DNA from: Mytilus trossulus
Taxonomy: Eukaryota
Assembly (NCBI RefSeq): GCF_036588685.1
Contig: NC_086381.1
Span: 2,232,001 to 2,296,000, forward strand
Direction: 5' to 3'
Length of the DNA: 64,000 nt
The notes under the pieces are model-generated. The model did no database searches and was not told where the DNA came from. It was given only the letters and a program-made list of their open reading frames with translations. Of the stretch, positions 37,990-48,700 are shown piece by piece. The translations under genes and the position numbers were made by a program. Position 1 is the first letter of the stretch; each line of letters begins with the position of its first letter.

Positions 37990-39228
37990 TCGATATATGT
38001 AACGAGTTCAGGTATTTGGGAATTTTATTTTATTATACTGGTAACTTTGCAAATACTCAAATGAAACTATCAAAACAGGGTAAAAAGGCTGTGTTTAGTA
38101 TTCAATAAAATACATGATGATTATTATAATCCTGAAACTTCGTTGTCATTATTTGATACTTATTTAGCAAGTATACTGAATTATTGCTCGGAAATATGGG
38201 GATTTCATATGGCACCAAATATTGAAAAAGTTCATTTGTATTTTTTAAAACGTATTCTTAAAGTCAAAATGAGTGCTGTAACTAATATGGTTTATTGTGA
38301 ATTAGGTAGATTGCCAATGTACATTTAAAGGCAGTATAGAATGGTCAAATATTGTCTTAAGATTTTGAGTACAGAAAATTGTATATTAAAGAATAGCTAT
38401 GATGAGATGTATGACAGAAGTTTTATTAAAAAGAACGATAAACACAACTGGTGTTGTAAAATTGGAGATATTTTGTTAAGATATGGATTTAATTATGTTT
38501 GGTTGAACCAAAGTGTAGATTGTAAAGATATTTTTCTATCGCAATTAAAAGAAAGAATGCTTGGTGCATTCATTAGTGAAGCAACTATGTTTTTTGAGAA
38601 TTCAAATAAATGTCATTTGTATAGATACATGTATTGTACACACACATTGCAATTTGATTTAGATAGACCTGTAAATTATATATACAAACCATACATTTGT
38701 AAATATCGTATATCAGCTCATATATTAAGTATAGAAACAGGTAGATATTATAATGTTGATAAAAATAATAGACTATGTACAAATTGTAATACTAGCTCTA
38801 TTGAAGATGAATACCATTTTATACTTGAATGTAAAAAATATAGTCAGATTCGAGAAAAGTATATAAAAAAGTGTTATTGGAGAAATCCTTCTACATTCAA
38901 ACTTATCCAGTTGTTATCTGTCAGAAATATTAAAGAATTGAATAACTTAGGTATATTTCTAAAATCTGCTGAAAAACTTAGAATGTAATTGCAGTAAATA
39001 ATATTTTTGTTCTCACTTTATTTAAGTATCATATAATTCTCCGCTCGTATTTTGTATTTTGTATTATGTATTATGTATTATGTATTATGTATTATGTATT
39101 ATATGTTCTTTCATGCACACCTTATATTTTTATTTACTATATATCTCTTGTGAATTTCTTATATTGGTGTAAAATTGTGTATATGTATCCTATAAGCTGT
39201 ATTGCTTTCGGAATAAAGTATTATTATT
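37990..39228 (+). mobile_element. RTEX-like LINE 3' portion nested in L1 #4
   Basis: FRYLGILF, LFDTYLASILNYCSEIWG and VYCELGRLP. Ends in AATAAA plus a (TAT)n tail at ~39212-39228, with a (TGTATTA)n repeat in the 3' UTR. Confidence 0.75.
38341..38988 (+). pseudogene. LINE ORF2 C-terminal region with CCHC zinc knuckle (215-aa open stretch)
   Basis: RISAHILSIETGRY...RLCTNCNTSSIEDEYHFILEC. The upstream part carries stop codons. Confidence 0.8.
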
Positions 39229-40204
39229 CTCCCCTTACCTATTTATTATAGGTGTTAAGTTACTTTTTATGAAAATAAGGTGAAACTCCAAAATGAAGGG
39301 AATTTTTGTTCATGAAAATGAATCCCTTTTGAGTCAATTTGCTGATGACGCTCTCCTTGTTCTAGATGGAACTGAAACCTCTTTGAAGGAGACTTTAAAT
39401 TGTTTTGACTCTTTCCAAAAAGTATCTGGGTTAAAATTAATTCTTCAAAAACTAAAGTTGTGTGGGTCGAGAAGAAAAGTATTCAGATGTGATTATCTTT
39501 CCTGATTTAAAACTTCTGTGGTGCTATTCAAATTTTACACTTTTGGAAATTAAATTCTCTTTAGATCGTGACAGTTTGCCAGAAATTAATTTCTTCAAAA
39601 AGATAAAGGAAGTGGCAGGCATTCTAAAGAGTTGGCAACATAGAAAATTAACCCTAATGGGAAATATTACTGTTATCAAGACTTTGGCGCTTCTAAAATT
39701 AATTCACCTGTTAACTGCACTACCCAACTTGCCAGAATCAAAATTAAATGGATTGTATTCTTTATTCTTGTTATTCATATGGAATGGAAAACTGATCGAA
39801 TTAGGCGAAGTACTTTAATCGGAGATATTCCACAAGAAGGTTTTAATATGATTACTATACATTATTTTAATATATACCTTATTAAAAAGCCTTGGACAGA
39901 AAGAGTATTGAATTTTCAAAAGGAGAAACTCAGAGAAATCTCTGATAGTCTTAGCTATCCTTTTTGGAAGGATGTATGTTTTAGCTTTCAAGTAGCAAGG
40001 CCTGCTACCAATATTTCTGTTCAAGATATTTTGTCTTTAGATATTTTAAATTTTGCACCTCTAATAGATTTTCCGTACTTTATTTAGTGGCAGAGAAGGG
40101 GAGTGCAGTCTTTGTTTGACCTTATTATTTAAGAGACTTAGAACGTTTGTTACATTGCAGTAAATGATTGCAAGGCAAAGGCTGTTTGAATATCAAATAT
40201 ATCT

Positions 40205-40445
40205 GGCCTTTGTTAGTCTTGTGTTATTTTAATTTTAGTTTCTTGTGTACAATTTGGAAATTAGTATGGCGTTCATTATCACTGAACTAGTATATATTTG
40301 TTTAGGGGCCAGCTGAAGGACGCCTCCGGGTGCCGGAATTTCTCGCTACATTGAAGACCTGTTGGTGACCTTCTGCTGTTGTTTTTTTATTTGGTCGGGT
40401 TGTTGTCTTTTTGACACATTCCCCATTTCCATTCTCAATTTTATA
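40205..40445 (+). repeat. Dispersed repeat family C
   Basis: GGGGCCAGCTGAAGGACGCCTCCGGG...TTTGACACATTCCCCATTTCCATTCTCAATTTT, with near-identical copies at 48557-48700 (+) and 62928-63095 (-). Confidence 0.9.
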
Positions 40446-40599
40446 CAATATATGGAGTTTATTGTTTTTGTTTGTTTGTTTGTATGACAGTTATGGAGTC
40501 CAGGGGGTCCAGCACCTAGGCCTCCTCACCTAAAATTACACTTATTTGTATCTTTATTTTTTTATTTTAAAGGGGACATACATTGATGTTTTAGTTCTC

Positions 40600-41290
40600 T
40601 CTGTTTATACTTTGCGCATGCTTAACTATGACTAAGCATGGGTGCTGTCACTTGTGCTAAGACTGGTAGGCAATACATCCCCTTGCATTAGTGGTTGAGT
40701 TCCCTTACAAACACTACACGTGCAAATCTACCAGGAGCTCAAGCTCTTTCTAGTTGTGACAACACATCAAGTGTCTTTGGCGTTGTGAAAAAGTCTGTTG
40801 TTAAGCTTTTAAAACTTCATCTGCACAACTGGCGGGTCTATCACAACTCAGTAACTCATATATTGACACCTCTATTTATGTTGAAATAAAACTGATAATT
40901 AAGTTGTATGACATAAGGTAAATATAAATAAAGTCACCGCGCTATGCACATGTTACGTGTTATACTTGCGACTTACAAAGACTGCTCTAGTGTTCGCCTT
41001 CCACTAAACGAATCGTCATTCAAACAACTCGTTCTACGAGCCAGCATACAAACAAACATACGAATGACATCACATCAAGCAAAGCTACTAAGGTTCATCC
41101 TTGCAATGGTCCAATCCCAGTTCTGTTCACTGATATATGTCATTAGATTTTCTGCAGGATTTGATTTGTTCTTGCATAGGAAAACAGATTTGCAGTAGAG
41201 AATGTTTGTGTTGAACAAAACCTTTGTTGTACAGAACTATGTCCTTGTTATGAAAGCAACTTGTGATCTAATGTATTGACAAGTCAACAA
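40600..41290 (+). pseudogene. Academ transposase relic #2, C-terminal XPG-like and Cys-rich part
   Basis: LPGAQALSSCDNTSSVFGVVKKS, LRVILAT...RLPLNESSFKQLVLRASIQT, and the Cys cluster FLQDLICSCIGKQICSREC...CCTELCPC. Confidence 0.75.
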
Positions 41291-41920
41291 GTCAACATAC
41301 GAGTACGACGAAAACGCTTAAAACTTCATTTCAGTTTTAAAATAATGATTAAACTTTTGTCTCAAGTGTTAATAAATCACAAGATGAAAAGTCGCATTCT
41401 GGGATTATTTGTCAATATTACGTTCCATTAGATAAAAATAAAAAATAAATTACATGAAAAGTCCTTATTTATAAGTCTCAACCCCTTTGGTGTACCCTAC
41501 ACATTATTCAACATAAGAAAAATATCGATTGAATTACCCGTCATACGGTATCCTCCATTGACGTGGTTGGTAAGCTATATACAAACCTAAGCCCCTCTTT
41601 ATTGTTCATGCGACAACCAACGTCTACATTTTGCAACCTTTTATTTGAATATTTATCTCTATATTATAGTCGTATAAAATCCTTATTACCTTCATAGATT
41701 TATGGTAGAATCAAAGTTGCTATATAACATAGTACATCTGTTAAGAATTGCGCTAATATTAACGTACCTTTTTGCGGTACGGTCGCTATCTTTGTGACGT
41801 CGCGTAATTGCTTTACTTTATGTTGTATTGAATAGAAACGTATAATGGCAGACGTAGTTCTATCTTTAACGCCTTAGATAACTTACGATAAAATACACAA
41901 CGCAACGCAATAATCTACAT

Positions 41921-41933
41921 TGGTGTCGTGACT
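41921..41933 (+). promoter_or_regulatory. Primer binding site complementary to the tRNA-His 3' end
   Basis: TGGTGTCGTGACT lies 1 nt after the 5' LTR; the expected sequence is TGGTGCCGTGACT (one mismatch). Confidence 0.8.
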
Positions 41934-41946
41934 TCAAACGGAGAGA

Positions 41947-43980
41947 ATGGACATCAGCCGATTAAAATTCTTGAGAGCGGGGAACAAAGCAGCGGTAACA
42001 AAAGTTTTTAAAAAACTGGAGGAAGCCATCGGAGATTCACAAATAGACACGGAGGAAGTATCAACATTGCTCGAAGCAATTGAGAAGAAAAAGAAGACGT
42101 TAGCCTCAATAGACGAACATATATTAAATGCAGTCGAATCAGAAGATATTTCAAATGAAATTCTTGAAACAGATGAGTATTATTTAGATTTAGAGGGTAA
42201 AATTCGAAAATTTAAAAAGTTCTTAAAACCCGTAACAAACGCAACATCTTCGATACTAGATTCAAACGCACCAGAGTTTGTTCCGTACACAAAACCCTTT
42301 AATCACACAAGTCACCCATAATCTCAGTCAAGTTCTACCTCAAGTAATAACCATCGCCTACCAAAGCTATCTCTTCCCAATTTTAATGGAGACATTCTAC
42401 AATGGCAATATTTCTGGGATTCATACGAGACCACGATTCATCACAGTCACACATTAACTGACATTCAGAAATTTTCGAACTTGAACAGCTCATTGCTGCA
42501 ATTTGAAGCTGCAAACGTAATTTCAGGATTGACCATGACAAATCCAAACTATCACAAAGCAATTGAATTATTGAGAAACCGCTATGGGCAACCACATAAA
42601 ATCATTAATGCATATATGAGAGCACTACTTGATATACCCGCACCACATGATACATTAGAAAGTTTGAGAACATTTCATGACAAATCAGAAGCTTACATAC
42701 GGGGTTTAGAGTCTCTTGGACAATGTCAGGAAATGTACGGATCGCTATTGATACCAGTAATTCTCGGGAAGATACCGCATGAAGTACGAAAAAATATAAC
42801 ACGAGAAAACGGGAGCGACAGTTGGACTATTCAATCGCTTAGAAACGCGATAGGTAAAGAGATTTCTATTCAAGAGTCCGGATACGGAGATTATACGCAG
42901 ACGTATTCAACCACAACTCCTAGCGCAAATTTCATAACAGGCGTTAAACGAGTAACTACAGATAAAACCCGTCCGATAAACACAACAGACAAATCATTCA
43001 ACTCGAATCGGAAGAAACAATGCACATATTGTGACGGAAACCACTGGCCTAACAAATGTAAAGATATCATAGATCACGATAAAAGAGTAACCGGCGTTGA
43101 TTTCACAAGAGCTTTGTATACAAAGGGAAAACACAACGAATTAAGCAAAACATATATTTGTTTATTCACCTGCGCCGCTACACGAGCTATACACTTGGAG
43201 ATAGTCACAGATTTAACTGAGGAGTCTTTCATACTTGCTTTTAAAAGATTTGTCGCTCGGAGATCTACACCAAGGATTATGTTGTCCAAAAATGCAACAA
43301 CCTTCAAGGCAGCCGCCGAAAAGATTACAAGATCAAGCAAAGACAACCGAATACAAGAAAAACTTGCCGATCAAGGAACTGAGTGGAAATTCATACCCAA
43401 CCGAGCACCGTGGTTTGGAGGCTTTTGGGAACGCCTAATTGGACTCACGAAAAAGTCAATTAAAGCAATACTAGGAAAGTCATGTGTCACTATTGAAATG
43501 TTGAATACAATTGTAATCGAAATCGGGGGAACTCTAAACAATCGTCCTATAACTCACATTTCTACTGATATTAAAGATCCCGAACCGCTGACGCCAGCGC
43601 ACCTTGTATATGGTCGTCGACTTGACAACCAATCGGAACAGAATATTGACAGTGTTACTTCAGAAGATTTGCACGTGAAACTCAATAAAAATTTACAGAG
43701 AAATAATGAAATAATAAACCATTTTCGCTCAAGATGGAAACACGAATATCTGACGTCACTCCGTGAATTCCACCGTAAATCTGGAAGAAACGAACAAACA
43801 ATACAAATAGGTGACATTGTACAAGTACACAATGACACAAATCGAATAATGTGGAAATTAGCAGTTGTACAAGATTTAGTTCGATCAGCTGTTATTAAGA
43901 CCGACACAGGAATCACAAACCGTCCGATTGTGAAGCTATATCCGTTGGAAATACGCAGTACACATGATGACAGTGAATGA
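41947..43980 (+). pseudogene. BEL/Pao Gag (DUF1759)-integrase in-frame fusion, one internal TAA
   Basis: ORFs 41947-42321 and 42481-43980 share a frame, separated only by the TAA at 42319-42321. Motifs: RLPKLSLPNFNGDILQW (DUF1759), then CTYCDGNHWPNKC joined directly to VTGVDF...LFTCAATRAIHLE...APWFGGFWERLIG...W..EYL..LR. Confidence 0.9.
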
Positions 43981-44034
43981 ACTTTTCTGCCCTGGAGAAC
44001 TTTTCTGCCCTGGAGAACTTTTCTGCCCTGGAGA
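43979..44034 (+). repeat. 3x 18-bp tandem repeat GAACTTTTCTGCCCTGGA
   Basis: Directly visible, starting at the stop codon of the fusion ORF. Confidence 0.95.
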
Positions 44035-44692
44035 TATTAGTGGATGTATAGACTGTTCAATCAACTCCAGTTATTATATAGACTTGTAAAAGTGTTAAAT
44101 TATTCAGACGTGAACAGTTAAAAATATTGAGAGACTTAACTATGATTTTATTTCATTTTAGGTCACAATTTTCGAATTTTTCATATTGTATTTCAAATTT
44201 GAGTTAAAATCATTTTCTGCGGCCCCAGAATGTTAAGACTTGCGCTAATATTAACGTACCTTTTTGCGGTACGGCCGCTATCTTTGTGACGTCGCGTAAT
44301 TGTTATACTTTATGTTGTATTGAATAGAAACGTATAATGGCAGACGTAGTTCTATCTTTAACGCCTTAGATAACTTACGATGAAATACACAACGCAACGC
44401 AATAATCTACAACATCTAATGTAAAACTCATTCGTATGCAGTCGTATCTTGTCAACAAAAGCCGATTTCATAACTCTGCAGCTTCCAATTAGTTCATAAT
44501 ACTAGAAAGATGTCAACTCTGAACATTTTCTCTTCCGACCCTTGACCAGGAATTAAAACAGATGTGCACCATTGACCAGGATTTAAAAAAATGTGCACCA
44601 TATCTCACTCCTCCTCCTCCTCCTACTCCTCGTCGTCGTCGTCGTCGTCATCGTCATCGTCATCATCAGCAATATGGTCGGTCTAATATTAC

Positions 44693-45250
44693 TTATCTTG
44701 GTGTAATCAGGGGTGTACAGAATTTTACACCGTTGTTGAAAATTCATACACCCTGAGGCGCAGCCGAATGGATGTATGAATTTTCAACAACGGTGTAAAA
44801 TTCCGCACACCCCTGATTACACCAAGATAACGAAATTATTTCTCATGAACAATTCCTATACTCATTTTGAAACCAGGATATAAAATTGTAAAAATGGTAA
44901 TGAATAATTTCCAGCGTAATATTTTTTCAATGTCCATGTTGTTGCACATTGTCAAACACTTTTTTACTTTATTTTTGGAAAATTGAGAAAAGTGAAAAGT
45001 GTTGGGGTTTTTTAGCTTTAAAAAAAAAAAAATCCTTTTTTTTTATTTTTTTTTTTTTATTTTTTTTTTATAATTTTCTTATTATTATTTGTTTTTTATT
45101 TTATTTTATTTTTTTCTTTATTTTGGCAAAATTTAATTTTTTTTTTAATTTTGGCAAATTTTATTTATCCCCGAGTGAACAAGGGTGTGGTGTTATTTAC
45201 ACAGGGGTAGTCAACCAATCAGATTGCAGTATTTTTCCTGCATAAGAAAT
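44693..45250. mobile_element. Palindrome-headed non-autonomous element (Crypton-like)
   Basis: A 138-bp near-perfect palindrome (44693-44830) centred on GAGGC-GCA-GCCG. The distal end, ACCAATCAGATTGCAG...ATAAGAAATAA, carries a partial copy of the palindrome motif. Confidence 0.55.
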
Positions 45251-45700
45251 AAGAAAGTTTATCATTCAAAATAAGACCTAAATTTGTATGGTGTGTAACT
45301 CTCTTTATATTAACATTATTTAAGATCAAAGGAGGGTAATTGGGTATTTGCTTTTTCTTAGAAATAATAAGATACTCAGTTTTTTGTGCATTGAAAGTAA
45401 CACACCATTGATAGGCCCATTTGTTGAACGTGTCGATGTCACTGTTCAGAGTTTGAAAACATTCAAATATGTCATGAATTTGTTTGACAAGGGAAGTATC
45501 ATCAGCAAACCGTTTTATACTGCTGATAATTTCATCTTTAATATCATTAAAATAGATTATATGGGAAAAGAAAAAGCAGAGGAACGAGTATAGAGCCCTG
45601 GGGTACACCAGCATATGTTTTTTGACTCGAAGATGTCTGACCATTAATAACGACTCTTTGCGTACTACCCGAGAGATAATTCTCTATAAGAGACAAAAGT
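45250..45700 (-). pseudogene. CR1-group LINE RT fragment
   Basis: NDIKDEIISSIKRFADDTSL...LNSDIDTFNKWAYQWCVTFNAQKT...LGLILNDKLS. Confidence 0.85.
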
Positions 45701-45928
45701 GAACCATATAATTATGCTAAATTGATTAAGTTTACAGAACATAATATCCTTATATACATCAATGTATTGATGCCCACTTATCATTGTGCAATTATGATAC
45801 GTATATTTAATGAAAGTTAAAATAAAATGTAGATTAAAATCATTTCATCAAATTGTAAAAAGGCAATACTTGTATGTATAAGGCTGCATTTGTCTTGTCT
45901 TCTGTCTTTCTGTCAATTTACTAAATAT

Positions 45929-46586
45929 AGCCGTGTTCACATTGACCTAAACTCGATGTTGTGTCATTCACACGTAAACTAAACACAATGACCATCCCAT
46001 TGATAAAACTAAATGTTTACATGTAGTTTAAATCATGTTTTGTCTATATGCAGTCGATATTCAATGTAGGCCTTGTGTGGGTTAAGTGAACACAACACTA
46101 GGTATTTATATAGAACATGCATTTTACCGTTGAAGTTTTTTTTTGGATAAAATTGATATCCATAACAATTATTAATACAGTTTCTTTACGGAAATATTCG
46201 TCTAAACTTGATAAATTTATTTGTTATAAAAAATAACTTCAAAAAGCTTTATTAACCCCTTATCAAGAATCAAAGTATCATAATTGCCGAAATCATAATT
46301 CATTTAAAAAAATCATTTATCAAAAAGAGAATCAGAATATATTTCAAAGGAAAACACATTACAACCCCTTTTTATTTAGTCAAATGGTCGTTTCTTAACT
46401 GCTAGAAAAGTTGTCTGGAATATTGTGCACTCAGTTCTATATAATGAACATTAAAATGGCATATAGTTTACAAGTGTGAACAAATCTTATGAACAGGTAA
46501 TTAAACAAGGTGTTAAGATGTGAACAAATGAAATTTGAAACCTGAGAACATTTTTACTGTACATGGTGTTTGGTGTGGACACGGCC
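45929..46586. mobile_element. PIF/Harbinger-like MITE (same family as 62350-63818, opposite orientation)
   Basis: TIRs GCCGTGTTCACA / TGTGGACACGGCC. Both arms are homologous to the 62350-63818 copy. Confidence 0.75.
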
Positions 46587-47884
46587 TTTGTCGAATAAGG
46601 CCTGTTGTGAATAGACAAAATCTAAATAATGAGAATTTTTTAATTCGGTATATTGCTTCTAAGAATAGACAACGAATTGCCTAATTTTGGTACATTGTTA
46701 CAATGCACTTGGTTTACCGGTATTGCAAACTAAATAGTTACTTTGAACAGATGCAAACAAACTGATTGTACTCATATATATATATATCATTTGGTTCCAA
46801 TCCTTATTATTACAAAAAATACAATGTAGCTTTCAAAATTTAAGATTACTTTTAGAGAAAATTAAATTAGTTTTACTCACCGAATTGCTCTTGCCAAAAT
46901 AATATCCGAATATGGCAAATGTGTTCGCTTGTTTCGTTGATTGATATCGTTTGATTTTGTAAGATTTTATGAACTTCCCCTTTTTGAATTTGCATTTGAG
47001 TTCTGTATTTTTTTGTCAATTTTCTAAAGTAGTCTGATCTGTTTGAATAAATAATAATTAACTTTCTCTATTAGCATCTACCAAAAATGGCTAAAATTAT
47101 CAAATTTTTGTTGCAATCCTCAATTGGTTAAACATGTTAAATATGATATAGTATCATTTCCCTACTCAATAATAACATTTTTGTGTCTGTCATATATCCA
47201 GATATCTACATATTTAACGTTTACAGTATTACATGTACTTATCTGTAAATGTTCTTTTGTAAACACTATTGGCAAAAGTCTCAACAGTGATGTGTACATC
47301 CTTTCTCTGTTCTTATTTTATTTATTGTATACATGATATTGAATATATAACCTGCATATTAGACTACTCTTCTTAGATTTTCTTTTGTGTGTTTGATTGC
47401 AGGTTTTCGACGTTCAATTAGAGGTGAAGATTTGGACAATACGATTTTAACACAATCAAGTTCCTTTTGTAAGAACAATAACAATAAGAAAAATGAATGG
47501 CACTTAAGACTAAGACAACAACAACATGAACAACAACTAGGGCTGATATATAAAGTGCTCAGGAAGGGTAAACAGATCCTTCTCCACATGAAGCAACACG
47601 TCGTGTTGTTCATGCATGTCAAAATCCAGTAAAATACACATATCAGTGATAGTTAATGTCAGCAAAAGAGTGCTGACTACTTGGGTGGTGATACTCTCAG
47701 AAAAAAAGTCAAACATGGTAACAATCCTTCATCGATGCAGGGTTATAATTTGATACGCCAGACGCGCGTTTCGTCTACAAGACTATTTCGTGCCGTCAAA
47801 TATTTGTATATTAGTATTTCAGATTAAAGTAGAAGGATGTTGTGCTGTCTTTAAATGTTTTAGTTCATTGATTTTTTTATTAAT

Positions 47885-48085
47885 TAGTTTAAACATATTT
47901 ATTTATAGTGGATTGGGAAACAAGTTTTACAACATATATTAATCCCTTTCCACTTTGCGGATGCGAGTGCTGCCTTGTAGCGGCATTAGCCTACTCTTTT
48001 TCGAAATCTACAAGGGTGTCTTTAACGTGCAAGATATATGGCTCTCTCTTAACACGGGTCAGCCATTTATCGTCCCCGTCCGATT
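47885..48085 (-). mobile_element. 5'-truncated SINE with Deu/Nin-like domain
   Basis: Minus strand GACGATAAATGGCTGACCCGTGT...GCACGTTAAAGACACCC...AAAGAGTAGG with an (AAAT)n tail. Absent from duplicate copy 2 and flanked by duplicated TTTTTTTTATTAAT. Confidence 0.7.
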
Positions 48086-48556
48086 TATTAATTTTTTTTA
48101 TTAATATCCATGTTCCTGTTGTTTAACGATTTCCGTCTTGTGTTTATATATGAGCCAGTATATTTATCTATGAGCCAGTGTATATTTCATGTCCACTCAC
48201 AAGAAAGTTATGAAAGTAAGAGTTCCAAGTGGAGAAATTAAAATCATCCCTTCGTAAATTTCACGGACGCCATCACGAGTTGGTTGACCTTTGTGGAATA
48301 TCGTTTCACAGTTAACAACGGATATGTTCCATTTGCCTGAACTACAATTCCATCCCCTTTTACCTAAATGTGATCTACCAAATTAGACTTATTATCGGAT
48401 TATCTGATATGTACTAACGAAACCATGAAATTGGATTAGAATAAGTTGATTTTGTTCTCCTCTTATATTTGATGCGTTTCCCTCAGTTTTAGTTTGTTAC
48501 CCAGATTTTGGATTTCTGTCCATGGATTTATGAGTTTTGAATAGCGATATACTACT

Positions 48557-48700
48557 TTAGGGGCCAGCTGAAGGACGCCTCCGGGTGCGGGAATTTCTCG
48601 CTACATTGAAGACCTGTTGGTGACCTTCTGCTGTTGTATTTTTTTATTTTGGTCGGGTTGTTGTCTCTTTGACACATTCCCCATTTCCATTCTCAATTTT
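48557..48700 (+). mobile_element. Family C insertion with short TSD
   Basis: The empty site ATATACTACTGTTGCC is in copy 2 (~50374-50389). The filled site duplicates (T)ACT. Confidence 0.85.

Larger units (their letters stand above)
37200..40200 (+). mobile_element. L1/Tx1-clade LINE ORF2 relic (#4), interrupted by another LINE
   Basis: GKSPGSEGYTVEF, RFIGENTR, CRQGDLS|SPYLFI (split at ~37989/39229), SQFADDALLVLDG and WQHRKLTLMGNITVIKTL. Confidence 0.85.
41739..44411 (+). mobile_element. BEL/Pao LTR retrotransposon, internally deleted (non-autonomous), recent insertion
   Basis: Two 181-bp TG...CA LTRs (41739-41919 and 44231-44411) differ at ~5 positions. Perfect 5-bp TSD ACATC, a PBS, and DUF1759 Gag plus integrase coding sequence. 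Confidence 0.95.

Noticed and set aside
34930-44418. TAGATG...CATCTA as the termini of Academ #2
   Set aside because: Only 6 bp match and there is no convincing extended TIR or TSD.
44949-45245. Phe-rich hydrophobic ORF
   Set aside because: It is a translation of a poly-T low-complexity tract.
47359-47632. Duplicated ORFs 47387/49432 and 47359/49404 as a gene pair
   Set aside because: They lie in repeat-derived sequence within a recent tandem duplication and have no protein motif or splice support.
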